From Prochlorococcus sp. AG-679-M23 (GTDB lineage Bacteria; Cyanobacteriota; Cyanobacteriia; PCC-6307; Cyanobiaceae): a DNA stretch of 64,000 bases. A program made the position numbers and the translations under genes. Numbering within the stretch: position 1 is the stretch's first letter; every line of letters starts with the position of its first letter. Shown piece by piece: positions 32,797 to 43,423 of the stretch. Under the pieces are notes generated by a model. That model searched no databases, was not told the origin of the DNA, and worked only from the letters and a program-made list of their open reading frames with translations. Location: contig QCUR01000004.1 in the NCBI GenBank assembly GCA_003208875.1, positions 131,121-195,120 on the forward strand, read 5' to 3'.

Positions 32797-33957
32797 ATGA
32801 ACGTAATTCAGGAAATTAATAATATCAATGATAAATTTGCTACTCAAGGAAGCAAACTTAGAATTGAAAAAAGAGGGGATAAATTAAACATTAGAGGTTC
32901 ACTTCCTTCAAAAAATAATAATAAAAACTTTTCTTTTCAAAGAATATCTCTTGGCCTCAAAGCCGATTTTAATGGCTTAGAAGAAGCTAAGAAAAAATTA
33001 CAATTGATAACTTTACAATTAGAGTTAAATCAATTTGATTGGATCAATTGGGTAAATTTTTCCAAAAAGAAGGAAAAGAAAGAAGAATTTAAATTTTTAA
33101 CTAGGATTAATGATTTTGAGAATTATTTTTTTAGTGAAAATAAAAACGAATATTTAACAAGCACTAGAAAAACAACTTGGAGAAGCTCTTATAAGCCCTA
33201 CCTTAAGAGATTGATATCCATCCAAAATGATACTAATAATGAAAATTTAGATAATATTTTCATAACCACATTAAAAACTTATAAAGAAGGGAGCAGAAGC
33301 AGAAAACAATGCGCGACCTCTCTGAGCGTTTTGGCAAAATTTTTAGAACATAAACTTCCTGAAGATTGGAAATTAATGTCTAAAGGTTATGGACTAAATA
33401 AAGCAAGCTTCAGGGATCTTCCTACTGACGAGATAATTGAAAATCTATGGGACAAAATACCAAATAAGTCCTGGAAATATGTTTTCGGGCTTATGGCTAC
33501 ATATGGTTTAAGAAATCATGAAGTATTTTTTTGTGACTTAAGCTCCTTAACCAATAATGGAGACAAAATCATTAGAGTTTTGCCTACTACTAAAACAGGA
33601 GAACATCAGGTTTGGCCCTTTCATCCCAAATGGATAGATAGATTTAAACTTTACAAATTAGGCAACGATCCAGAATTGCTCCCAAAAATCAATAGAGATC
33701 TTAGAGTTACAACTTTGCAAAATATTGGAAAAAAAATAACTGATCAATTTAAACGTTATTCCCTTAAAATAAAACCTTATGACCTAAGACATGCTTGGGC
33801 TGTTAGAACAATTTTCTATGATCTACCTGATACAGTTGCCGCAAGAATGATGGGACATTCCGTTAGCCTACATACTCAAACATACCATCACTGGATAACA
33901 AAACGAGATCAACAACAAGCTGTTAACAATGCACTTTCAAAATATAAAAAAACGTGA
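32797..33957 (+). CDS. Tyrosine recombinase/integrase family protein
   Basis: YGLRNHE, TKTG, YDLRH, MGHS...Y catalytic pattern. Confidence 0.88.
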   Translation: MNVIQEINNINDKFATQGSKLRIEKRGDKLNIRGSLPSKNNNKNFSFQRISLGLKADFNGLEEAKKKLQLITLQLELNQFDWINWVNFSKKKEKKEEFKFLTRINDFENYFFSENKNEYLTSTRKTTWRSSYKPYLKRLISIQNDTNNENLDNIFITTLKTYKEGSRSRKQCATSLSVLAKFLEHKLPEDWKLMSKGYGLNKASFRDLPTDEIIENLWDKIPNKSWKYVFGLMATYGLRNHEVFFCDLSSLTNNGDKIIRVLPTTKTGEHQVWPFHPKWIDRFKLYKLGNDPELLPKINRDLRVTTLQNIGKKITDQFKRYSLKIKPYDLRHAWAVRTIFYDLPDTVAARMMGHSVSLHTQTYHHWITKRDQQQAVNNALSKYKKT

Positions 33958-33996
33958 AGTTTTTAAATAAGTATAATCAAAGTTAAAAGTTATTTT

Positions 33997-34692
33997 ATGG
34001 CTGATGAGAAACAACCCTCTTCAAGAAATGTAACCAGTCTTGATATTCAGGCTAAAGAACTTGGGATAGGAGGTAAGTTATCCCCTGAATCAGATGAGAG
34101 TCTCTATAAAAAAAGAATGCAAAAAAGAAAAGAAGTTCAAACAAAGAGATTACAAGCAAGGAAAACAAAAAAAGGTTTAATAATCGTTTTTACTGGAAAT
34201 GGGAAAGGGAAAACAACTGCCTCTTTAGGAATGGCGTTAAGAACTATTGGGCATGGTCATAAAGTGGCAATTATTCAATTTATTAAAGGTGGTTGGACTA
34301 CTGGTGAAGAAAAAGCACTTAAAAATTTATCATCAAATATTTCATGGCATGCATTAGGAGAGGGATTTACTTGGGAAACACAAGATAGAGTGAGGGATGA
34401 AGAATTAGTTAAAGAAGCTTGGCAAATTGCTAAGAAATTCATCACAGATGAATCATATAAACTTATAATCCTTGATGAAATAAATATTGCAACTAAACTT
34501 GGATATCTTTCTCCAGAAGAAATAATTAAGTTTATAAAAAGTATTAAAAATAGAAAAAATCACATAGTTTTAACTGGAAGAGGAGCTTCCGAATCAATCA
34601 TTAATCAAGCTGATCTGGTAACAGAAATGAAATTAATTAGGCATCCTTTTAAAGAACAGGGCATAAAAGCTCAAGAGTGTGTAGAGTATTAA
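33997..34692 (+). CDS. cobO: Cob(I)yrinic acid a,c-diamide adenosyltransferase
   Basis: TGNGKGKTTA, QFIKG, LDE, VLTGR. Confidence 0.95.
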   Translation: MADEKQPSSRNVTSLDIQAKELGIGGKLSPESDESLYKKRMQKRKEVQTKRLQARKTKKGLIIVFTGNGKGKTTASLGMALRTIGHGHKVAIIQFIKGGWTTGEEKALKNLSSNISWHALGEGFTWETQDRVRDEELVKEAWQIAKKFITDESYKLIILDEINIATKLGYLSPEEIIKFIKSIKNRKNHIVLTGRGASESIINQADLVTEMKLIRHPFKEQGIKAQECVEY

Positions 34693-34820
34693 ATTTTAAT
34701 GGAATATTAATTTGTTTTTTTGTTTTTCGATTGAGAATTGTTTAAAGACGCAAGCATTATTATCCTAAAAAAGAAATTCTGTATATTTACTTGCTAAGGT
34801 CATAAAAGTATGATTATTGA

Positions 34821-35525
34821 ATGACTTACAAAAGAGTACTTTTAAAGCTTAGTGGTGAAGCACTAATGGGAGATAAACCGTACGGTATAGACCCTGCGAT
34901 AGTTCAATCAATAGCTGAAGATGTTGAGAAAGTAATCGCAAATAAAGTTCAACTTGCAATAGTTGTTGGGGGCGGCAACATATTTAGAGGACTAAAAGGT
35001 TCTGCTGATGGTATGGACAGAGCTACAGCTGACTATGTAGGGATGTTAGCAACAGTGATGAATGCTATTTCCCTTCAAGATGGATTAGAAAGAGTTGGGG
35101 TTGAAACTAGAGTACAAACAGCGATAGAGATGCAAGAAATTGCCGAACCTTATATTAGAAGAAGAGCAATGAGACATTTAGAGAAAGGAAGAGTTGTAGT
35201 TTTTGGAGGTGGTTGTGGAAATCCATTTTTTACTACAGACACTACTGCTGCTTTGAGAGCCGCCGAAATAAATGCTGAAGTTGTTATGAAGGCGACAAAA
35301 GTTGACGGGGTTTATGATCGTGATCCTAATAAATTTAAAGAAGCAAAAAAGTATTCTTCTCTAACTTATCAACAGGTTCTGAGTGATGAAATCGCTGTGA
35401 TGGACAGTACTGCTATTGCTCTATGCAAAGATAATAATATTCCAATTATGGTTTTTGATATTTTTAAAAAAGGTAATATCTCCAGAGCTGTTGCCGGAGA
35501 GTCTATAGGCTCTTTAATAAGTTAA
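34821..35525 (+). CDS. pyrH: UMP kinase
   Basis: [22 protein letters not shown]. Confidence 0.98.
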   Translation: MTYKRVLLKLSGEALMGDKPYGIDPAIVQSIAEDVEKVIANKVQLAIVVGGGNIFRGLKGSADGMDRATADYVGMLATVMNAISLQDGLERVGVETRVQTAIEMQEIAEPYIRRRAMRHLEKGRVVVFGGGCGNPFFTTDTTAALRAAEINAEVVMKATKVDGVYDRDPNKFKEAKKYSSLTYQQVLSDEIAVMDSTAIALCKDNNIPIMVFDIFKKGNISRAVAGESIGSLIS

Positions 35526-35553
35526 AACTTATTTAAGTTAATTATTTCTAATT

Positions 35554-36102
35554 ATGAAAGAACAAGAAATTCAATCTAGTATGAACAAAAGTGTTGAAGC
35601 CACTCAAAGAAACTTTAATACCATTAGGACGGGGAGGGCTAACGCATCATTATTAGACAGAATAAGTGTTGAATATTATGGAGCGGAAACCCCCATCAAA
35701 TCACTTGCCTCAATATCGACTATCGATTCACAAACTATTTCAATACAACCATTTGATATTTCTTCCCTACAAACTATTGAAAAAGCAATCTCAGTTAGTG
35801 ATTTAGGTATCACCCCCAACAATGATGGGAAGGTGATAAGAATAAATGTCCCACCATTAACTGAAGAAAGAAGAAAAGAGTTTTGCAAGTTAGCTTCTAA
35901 ATATGCAGAGGAAGGTAAAGTAGCGCTAAGAAATATTAGAAGGGATGCTGTTGACAAAGAGAAAAAAGATGAGAAAGAAGGTTTAATATCAAAAGATTTA
36001 TCAAGAGATAATCAATTAGAGATACAAAAATTTACTGACAAATATATTTCTTTAATAGAAACTAAATTATCTGAAAAGGAGAAAGAAATTCTAAAAGTTT
36101 GA
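35554..36102 (+). CDS. frr: Ribosome recycling factor
   Basis: [21 protein letters not shown]. Confidence 0.98.
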   Translation: MKEQEIQSSMNKSVEATQRNFNTIRTGRANASLLDRISVEYYGAETPIKSLASISTIDSQTISIQPFDISSLQTIEKAISVSDLGITPNNDGKVIRINVPPLTEERRKEFCKLASKYAEEGKVALRNIRRDAVDKEKKDEKEGLISKDLSRDNQLEIQKFTDKYISLIETKLSEKEKEILKV

Positions 36103-37232
36103 AGGAATTCGATATTATAATTATTGGAGGAGGTCTCTCGGGATCTTCTACAGCACTTAACTTATCAAAAAAAGGCTATTCAGTTTTAATTATAGAGAAG
36201 GAGGCATCTGGAAGTATAAAGCCCTGCGCAGGAGGGATGGCATCCTCAATGAAAAAATATCTCCCATTAGATATAGATGAATCAATAGAATCTAAAATCA
36301 GGACTGTTGAATTCAGATGGGAATCATCTGATAATGTTGTTGCTGACCTTAGCGGTGAATCACCTTTTTGGATAATTAGAAGAGAAAAATTAGATAAATT
36401 ATTACTTGATGAAGCTATAAAATATGGTGGTGAGATATTAAGACCAGTACAGGTCGAAAAAATAACGCAGCAAAATAAGAATTGGATAATAAAATGCAGC
36501 AATAAAGTTACATATAAATCTAAATTTCTTGTTATTGCCGACGGTTCACAATCTAAATGGGCTGGATATTTCAACTTAGGTCCAAGAAAGCCAAAATTTG
36601 CCAATACTATCGCCTTGAGGTTAAAAGGATTAGGGAATATTCCTAAAGATTCAGTTAGATTTGAGTTTGGATTTGTTAAGTATGGATTTGCTTGGGCATT
36701 TCCATTAAAAGACAGTGTCAATATTGGCTTAGGCACTTTTATAAATAATAAACTTCTTGAAAATAAATACCTCAATAATAAAGTAATAAAAAGTTTTGGA
36801 TTTGAAGATTTATCTTTTAAGGTGGTTCATAAAAAACTAAGAATTTGGAATGGTCTAAACAAGCTCAATGGAGACAGGGTAATTGCGGTGGGGGATGCAG
36901 CCTCACTTTGCGATCCGTTTTTGGCCGAAGGTATTAGACCTTCTCTAATTAGTAGTTATTTTGCTGCAGAAAGTATTGACGAGTGTTTGTCCAGAAATAA
37001 TAATGATTTAAATAATTATTCAACAAACATTAATAATGAATGGGGAAAATCCATGGCATGGGGAAAGAGAATTGCTCAAATATTTTATAGATTCCCAAGA
37101 ACTGGCTATCAATTAGGTGTCAAAAGGAAAACAGCCCCTCAACGTATTGCTCAAATATTATCTGGTCAAATGAATTATGAAGACATCGCTATGAGGGTTA
37201 TCAAGAGACTTCTAACCAAAAGCAAAGATTAA
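36099..37232 (+). CDS. Geranylgeranyl reductase-family FAD oxidoreductase
   Basis: GGGLSG, KPCAGG, IADG, WAFP, GDAA...AEGI. Confidence 0.88.
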   Translation: MKEFDIIIIGGGLSGSSTALNLSKKGYSVLIIEKEASGSIKPCAGGMASSMKKYLPLDIDESIESKIRTVEFRWESSDNVVADLSGESPFWIIRREKLDKLLLDEAIKYGGEILRPVQVEKITQQNKNWIIKCSNKVTYKSKFLVIADGSQSKWAGYFNLGPRKPKFANTIALRLKGLGNIPKDSVRFEFGFVKYGFAWAFPLKDSVNIGLGTFINNKLLENKYLNNKVIKSFGFEDLSFKVVHKKLRIWNGLNKLNGDRVIAVGDAASLCDPFLAEGIRPSLISSYFAAESIDECLSRNNNDLNNYSTNINNEWGKSMAWGKRIAQIFYRFPRTGYQLGVKRKTAPQRIAQILSGQMNYEDIAMRVIKRLLTKSKD

Positions 37233-37251
37233 TTTAAAGTTTTAATAAAAA

Positions 37252-38259
37252 TTAAATCTGAGTTGTCGAAATTAATTTTTGATTATTAATTTCTGAAAGT
37301 CTTTTTAATAACAACTCTTCTAATTCTTCTATTGCTTTGCTGAAGCCTGTTATTCCTTCACTAAGCTTTTCACTTGCCATTTGATCCTCTAACATACTTA
37401 ATCTAAAGTCTCTCTCATCAAATTTATAATCAATAGAGCTATGGGATTGAGTATCTTCATCTAATTTTTTAATTAATTCCCCTTCCTCTCTATTAAGTTC
37501 GTCTAAAAATTTTGGAGCAATAGTTAGAAGGTCACATCCTGCTAATTCTTTTATTTCATCTATATTTCTAAAGCTTGCACCCATGACTTCAGTTTTAAAT
37601 CCTTTTTCTTTAAAATAATTGTAGATTTTGGTTACTGATATAACACCTGGATCTTCACACCCTGCAAAGTTATCTTTACCAGTTTTTGCTTTATGCCAAT
37701 CCAATATTCGCCCTACGAAAGGCGAGATTAAGGTTATTTTTGCATTAGCACAGGCTACAGCTTGGCAGAAGTTAAAAAGTAAAGTTAAATTGCATTTAAT
37801 ACCTTCTTTTTCTAAAATTTCAGCTGCCTTAATTCCTTCCCAAGTTGAAGCGATCTTAATCAATATTCTTTCTTTATCTATTCCAAAACTTTTATAGTGA
37901 TTTATTAACTTTCTCGCTTTTGTAACTGTTGCTTCAGTATCAAAACTTAGTCTTGCATCAACTTCTGTAGATACTCTTCCAGAAATAAGATTAAGAATTT
38001 CCTTGCCAAAAAATACTGAAACCTGATCTATAGTCTCTTTAATTAATTCACTTTCAGAGAAGCCAACAGGTAGGGATTTTCTTGAGCTTTCCAAAGCTTG
38101 ATCGATTAATTTTATGTAATCAGGATTCTTAGCCGCCGCCAATATTAGTGATGGATTAGTAGTGGCATCTCTAGGTTGAAACTTTTTAATCGCATCTAAA
38201 TCTCCAGTATCAGCAACAACAACAGTAATAGAAGATAATTGTTCTAAAATTGATTTCAT
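37252..38259 (-). CDS. tal: Transaldolase
   Basis: [32 protein letters not shown]. Confidence 0.97.
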   Translation of the reverse strand: MKSILEQLSSITVVVADTGDLDAIKKFQPRDATTNPSLILAAAKNPDYIKLIDQALESSRKSLPVGFSESELIKETIDQVSVFFGKEILNLISGRVSTEVDARLSFDTEATVTKARKLINHYKSFGIDKERILIKIASTWEGIKAAEILEKEGIKCNLTLLFNFCQAVACANAKITLISPFVGRILDWHKAKTGKDNFAGCEDPGVISVTKIYNYFKEKGFKTEVMGASFRNIDEIKELAGCDLLTIAPKFLDELNREEGELIKKLDEDTQSHSSIDYKFDERDFRLSMLEDQMASEKLSEGITGFSKAIEELEELLLKRLSEINNQKLISTTQI

Positions 38260-38349
38260 TTTTAGATAACCATATATTTTTATACGATAGCTTCAATTTC
38301 AAATGAAATCATTAAATAATGAACTAATTAACTAAAAACCAGAATAATT

Positions 38350-40101
38350 TCATGGTTTTTTAACAAATTTCCTGTTTTCTTCAATTTGTGGCGGTATTTT
38401 TTCAATAACAATTAAACTTTCGATAATTTCTTTTGCAATTGGAACTGCAACGGTTGAACCATAAGCGTATGCCTTTGAAGGTTCGTCAATAACAACAAGG
38501 ACAACATACTTTGGATTATTAACAGGGAAAGAAGCTACAAAACTACATACTTTTTTACTAGTATACCTTCCATTAACTGCCTTTTGAGAAGTTCCAGTTT
38601 TCCCTCCAATTCTGTATCCATCAATTTTCGCTCCTTTTCCACTGCCATTTTCAACAACACTTTCCATCCATTTAAGAACGGTTTTTGATACCTCGTTAGA
38701 AAAGATTTCTTTAGGAGAATAGTTTTTAAGGTGAGCTTTAAAATTTAAAGTAACATGAGGTATTATTTCACTTCCCCCATTAGCTAGAACAGCGTGAAGT
38801 TGAGCTAATTTTAAAGGAGAAATAGAAAAACCCTTTCCAAAAGATGCTACTGCTGGCTCAATTGACTGAGTAACAAATATATTTTTTGACTTTAATTGAC
38901 CAGCTGTAGATTCAAATAAATCCGTCTCCAAACGTTTATTAATACCTAATTTATTTAGCCAATTCCAATAAGTCTTAGACGGCAAATTTTGCATTATTTT
39001 TACCATCCCCACATTACTTGAAACTTGTAAAACTTTTGGATAATCAATATAGCCATTTCCTTTTTTATCCCAATTTGAAAGGCTCCATCCTCCAACATTA
39101 ACCTCCCCACTATCTTCAACTAAACCATCTTTTTGGATTGCTTTTTCTTCTAATGCTAAGGCTAGATTTATTGGTTTAAAAGTTGAACCAGGCTCGAATA
39201 AATCTTGAGAATACCAACCTCTAAAGACTTCGGTATCATAATCCCAATATTTATTCGGATCATAAGATGGAATTGATGCTAGTGATAAGATCTCTCCATT
39301 ATTTACATTCATTACTATTGCGAAGCCTTTCTTTGCGTTCCACTTCACTACATGTTTACTTAAAGCTTTAAAAGTTGCTTTCTGTAATCTTGAATCTATT
39401 GTCAAACCTAAACTCTTGTAGTCACCAATAAAATCTCTTGGCCCCGAATTATCTGGGAGAGGTGTTCCATCTCCTCCTTTCTTAATCAAATTACTTTTGT
39501 TAAGTACTTTGATTTGATTATCTAAATGCAGCTCTAAACCAGCTGAACCTTTATTCTCATAATTAACAAAACCAATAAGATTTGAATACAAATTACGTTG
39601 AGGATAATATCTTTGAGAATATTTAACGAGATCCAAACCACTAATATGAAGGTTTCTGATCTTTTTTGCTTGATTCTCTGTTATTTCATCCAGCAATTCA
39701 ATTCCTAACATTTTATTTCCAAACTTTGATAGAAGCAATTCATCTTTTACATTTAAAATTGGCGTCAATTTATTAACCACTTCATCAATAGTTCTTACTC
39801 TATTAGTTGAATCTCCAGGGAAGTTAAAGTACTTAGGATGAGCCCATAATCTGTAGAGAGGTTTATCATAAGCAATTAGTCTATTATTTCTATCTACTAT
39901 TGATCTTCTCTTATTTAAAGAACTAATCTTGGTGAATTGTATTAATCTCGCTTTTTTTTGTAAGTCAGAGGCACTAAAAACTTGTAAATTTACAAGCCTT
40001 CCAAATAGTCCAAAAATCAATAATAAACAAAATATATAAGCGCCCTTAAACCTTCGAGGTTTGAGAGGTACTAAATGAACAATTTTCTTACTTCTTTTCA
40101 T
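38350..40101 (-). CDS. ftsI: Class B penicillin-binding protein (FtsI/PBP3)
   Basis: DRN, RYYP, GLE; STFK, SSN and KTG transpeptidase motifs. Confidence 0.88.
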   Translation of the reverse strand: MKRSKKIVHLVPLKPRRFKGAYIFCLLLIFGLFGRLVNLQVFSASDLQKKARLIQFTKISSLNKRRSIVDRNNRLIAYDKPLYRLWAHPKYFNFPGDSTNRVRTIDEVVNKLTPILNVKDELLLSKFGNKMLGIELLDEITENQAKKIRNLHISGLDLVKYSQRYYPQRNLYSNLIGFVNYENKGSAGLELHLDNQIKVLNKSNLIKKGGDGTPLPDNSGPRDFIGDYKSLGLTIDSRLQKATFKALSKHVVKWNAKKGFAIVMNVNNGEILSLASIPSYDPNKYWDYDTEVFRGWYSQDLFEPGSTFKPINLALALEEKAIQKDGLVEDSGEVNVGGWSLSNWDKKGNGYIDYPKVLQVSSNVGMVKIMQNLPSKTYWNWLNKLGINKRLETDLFESTAGQLKSKNIFVTQSIEPAVASFGKGFSISPLKLAQLHAVLANGGSEIIPHVTLNFKAHLKNYSPKEIFSNEVSKTVLKWMESVVENGSGKGAKIDGYRIGGKTGTSQKAVNGRYTSKKVCSFVASFPVNNPKYVVLVVIDEPSKAYAYGSTVAVPIAKEIIESLIVIEKIPPQIEENRKFVKKP

Positions 40102-40532
40102 TAATATCCTTTTTGATATTTACTATCTTTTAATCCATCTTTAATAAATTTAATTTTTTTATTTAAATAATTATTTTTATTCTGTGTAATTTGCTTATCA
40201 AGATAAATTAAATCTTTTGGAGTTGCTTTTTTAAAAGTATTAAGGGACTCAGTTTCATTAATATAAAATTCTTCAGTCTTAGAAATATAGTCAATAAGAT
40301 TATTATTATTTGCTCTTGTTTTTAATAAATTTTTATAAATACTTGTCCATTTTCTTTGACTATTAAAAGAAAGAAAAGATAAAATAAAAATCAAAATTAA
40401 TAAAGATATATTTACGCTATCAAATATTCTATGAATAAATTTTAAATTAAATAATTTTATTTTTTTAGAAGTTATTTTATTAGCATCGTAAAGGTTATTT
40501 TTTAAAGAATTTTCATTCTTATTTATATTCAT
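40101..40532 (-). CDS. Bitopic membrane protein, possible FtsL
   Basis: One TM segment plus helical region; 1-nt overlap with the ftsI start. Confidence 0.55.
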   Translation of the reverse strand: MNINKNENSLKNNLYDANKITSKKIKLFNLKFIHRIFDSVNISLLILIFILSFLSFNSQRKWTSIYKNLLKTRANNNNLIDYISKTEEFYINETESLNTFKKATPKDLIYLDKQITQNKNNYLNKKIKFIKDGLKDSKYQKGY

Positions 40533-40617
40533 CTCTTAGAATTAATAGAAATATATAAAGTGTTATAAATCAAATAAACATTTTTTTAATTTAATCGCAA
40601 GCAATATAGCTAAATCT

Positions 40618-41976
40618 TTATGTTCTCAACAGAAACAAATTCAAAAAGGTCATCCCATTCCATAAAGAGTGCATAATCACAGAAGAGGATAATCTTCCTG
40701 ATATGAGTCTAGTAGTTCCTAGTCCTATACCCAAGGTAAACAATGGGATCATTTCACCGATACTCAAATGTGCCAGAGCAAAAATAAAAGCAGAAATTGC
40801 GATACCTAAAATTATTCCAAATTCTCTTGATAAAATTGGTAGTAAAACGCCTCTAAAAATAACCTCCTCGAATATTGGAGCTAAAAATGTAGTTGTTAAA
40901 AATAAAAGTAAAAATGAAAAATAATTATTACTATTTAAAACGATCTCAAGTAAAGGATTACTCCCATTTTGATTATCAACTAAAAGATTCATAATTAATG
41001 ACACCAGCAAAACAAAAGGAATTATCATTAAAAACCCCTTAAATCCCTGAATAAAAGAATCTTTTATTGGTAAGAAATTGAATTGAAAATAATCTTTTTT
41101 TAAAATAATTTTTTTTTCAAAAGATTTAATTTGATAATAAATTATCCCTAGTGGGGGTATTGCCATAAATAGATAGCCAAAAAATATTTTTAATGATTGT
41201 GTCAATTCGATTGATAAATTAGAGGCCACTAATTGAACTAAGGTGATTGAAAATAATGGCGAAATAACTTCTCCTAAAACGACAAATCCTCCTGATATCA
41301 ACAAAACCATATCTAATAAATCTAAATCTAAGGGTTTAAATTCTTTCCATTCAATTTTTCTTGAAGCAAAAACACTCCATAATGTCCTTAGAACTAGTAA
41401 AGAGCCAAGGACTATTGTTAAAAGAGGTAATAATCTAATAGCTATTATTTTTAAAAACATTTTTTTTGAAAGTGTATCTGTTATTAATTGACTCTCATCA
41501 AAAGAAAATCTTTTGCTCAACAAATGGTACAGAAATCTATCATCTTTAAATAACTCTAGTAAATTATCATTAGGCTTATATGAATTATCTAGATTACTTT
41601 TACTTAAATTTTCTACTACCAATTTATAATTTTTATTATCAAAGTTATTAGGGTACTCTTTTTTAATATTTATCTCATTATTCTTGTAAGAAATTAGCCG
41701 AATCAATTGATTCCTTTCTGTTAATTGATCAAAAGAAATCTCAGAAAGAGAATTATTAATATCCTCAATTGGATCATTAATAATAAGAAGGTTTCTTAAT
41801 TTAATTGGTATTGCAGGTAAAGCTAATTCTGCAATTTCTTTTTCTTTTTGACTAATATCAAAATTTACCGATGGTCGACTGAGACTATCTCGAAGCCCTT
41901 GTTGCCACACAAAAAAAGTTATGATGAGAGAAATAAAAGCTATAAATAGTTTTGTCTTAGAAATATTCTTATTCAT
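40618..41976 (-). CDS. CPBP/Abi (CAAX) family intramembrane protease
   Basis: FEEVIFRG, FALAH, HSLWN. Confidence 0.92.
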   Translation of the reverse strand: MNKNISKTKLFIAFISLIITFFVWQQGLRDSLSRPSVNFDISQKEKEIAELALPAIPIKLRNLLIINDPIEDINNSLSEISFDQLTERNQLIRLISYKNNEINIKKEYPNNFDNKNYKLVVENLSKSNLDNSYKPNDNLLELFKDDRFLYHLLSKRFSFDESQLITDTLSKKMFLKIIAIRLLPLLTIVLGSLLVLRTLWSVFASRKIEWKEFKPLDLDLLDMVLLISGGFVVLGEVISPLFSITLVQLVASNLSIELTQSLKIFFGYLFMAIPPLGIIYYQIKSFEKKIILKKDYFQFNFLPIKDSFIQGFKGFLMIIPFVLLVSLIMNLLVDNQNGSNPLLEIVLNSNNYFSFLLLFLTTTFLAPIFEEVIFRGVLLPILSREFGIILGIAISAFIFALAHLSIGEMIPLFTLGIGLGTTRLISGRLSSSVIMHSLWNGMTFLNLFLLRT

Positions 41977-42092
41977 GTAATTAATAATAAAATATAAAAC
42001 CTAATTTAGTTTTCATTGAAATTTCTAATAATCATATACCTATTTTTATCACGCCATGAGATGATAAAAATACTATAATTTAAAATTATATT

Positions 42093-43421
42093 ATGAGCAT
42101 TAGATTAGTTTTAGTAAGGCATGGGCTTAGCAGTTTTAATGAAAAAGGTTTAGTTCAAGGTAGGACAGATGATTCATATTTAACCGATAAAGGCTACGAA
42201 CAGGCACTTAAATCGGGAGAGGCATTATCAGGGATTAATTTCGACAAGATATATTCTTCCCCACTTGTAAGAGCAGCAGAGACTGCAAAGACAATTCAGA
42301 AAAACTTAAAAGGAGAAAATAATATTATTTACGATAAAAATTTATTAGAGGTTGATCTTGGTTCATGGTCTGGTTTAACTATTAATGAAATAAAAAACAA
42401 GTATCCAGAAGACTATCTTCTTTGGAAAAATGATCCTGAAAATTTAACTTTAGAGAGTATTCATAATTCAACGTATCAACCAATTAAAGAATTATATGAG
42501 CAGGCAAATGAATTTATTAAAAGTATTTTTAAAATCTATTTAGAAAAACAAGAAGCAAATATTTTAATAATTGGTCATAATGCAATCCTAAGATGTTTAA
42601 TTTTATTATTGATTGGAAAACCTAAAAAAGGTTTTAGAAAAATAAAATTAGATAATGCCTCTTTTTCAATCCTTAATATTGTGAACCAAAGACATTCATA
42701 TAAAACACAAATTGAATGTTTAAACCAAACTTCTCATCTAGATAAGAGAATTCCTGATCAGATTGGAGACTCAAGAATATTTTTAGTTAGGCATGGTGAA
42801 ACCAACTGGAATAAAGAGGGTCGATTCCAAGGACAAATAAATATTCCTTTAAATAATAATGGGAAAGATCAGGCGGGAAAGGCCTCTAAATATTTAGAAG
42901 AAATTAACTTCAACAAAGCTTTTTCAAGTTCAATGGATAGACCATATGAAACAGCACAAATAATTCTTCAAAACAAGTCAGATTTAGAAATAAAAAAGAT
43001 TGAAAATTTAGTAGAAATAAGCCATGGTTTATGGGAAGGCAAATTAGAACATCAAATTAAGCAAGAATGGCCAGAATTACTTAAAAATTGGCATGAAAAA
43101 CCTGAAGAAGTGCTTATGCCCGAGGGTGAGAGTATTAAAGAAGTATCTGAAAGATCAGTTAAGGCTTGGGAAGAAATATGTTTAGCTCAAAAGAATAAAG
43201 ATTTGACCTTGTTAGTCGCACATGATGCAGTAAATAAAACTCTTATTTGTAATTTATTAGGAATTAATTTTTCTAATATCTGGATGATAAAGCAAGGTAA
43301 TGGAGGTATAACTATTATTGATCTATTTGAGGATCCTCAAAAAGATAATGTAATTAGTGCTTTGAATATTACGACACATCTTGGAGGGATACTAGACTCA
43401 ACGGTATCCGGGGCTCTTTAA
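42093..43421 (+). CDS. Tandem-domain histidine phosphatase (probable phosphoserine phosphatase)
   Basis: Two RHG motifs (LVRHGLS, LVRHGET) with matching second His (GH, AH). Confidence 0.85.
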   Translation: MSIRLVLVRHGLSSFNEKGLVQGRTDDSYLTDKGYEQALKSGEALSGINFDKIYSSPLVRAAETAKTIQKNLKGENNIIYDKNLLEVDLGSWSGLTINEIKNKYPEDYLLWKNDPENLTLESIHNSTYQPIKELYEQANEFIKSIFKIYLEKQEANILIIGHNAILRCLILLLIGKPKKGFRKIKLDNASFSILNIVNQRHSYKTQIECLNQTSHLDKRIPDQIGDSRIFLVRHGETNWNKEGRFQGQINIPLNNNGKDQAGKASKYLEEINFNKAFSSSMDRPYETAQIILQNKSDLEIKKIENLVEISHGLWEGKLEHQIKQEWPELLKNWHEKPEEVLMPEGESIKEVSERSVKAWEEICLAQKNKDLTLLVAHDAVNKTLICNLLGINFSNIWMIKQGNGGITIIDLFEDPQKDNVISALNITTHLGGILDSTVSGAL

Positions 43422-43423
43422 AA

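Noticed and set aside
32797..33957. Prophage or genomic island around the integrase
   Set aside because: Flanks are housekeeping genes with short spacers; no cargo, tRNA or obvious compositional shift.
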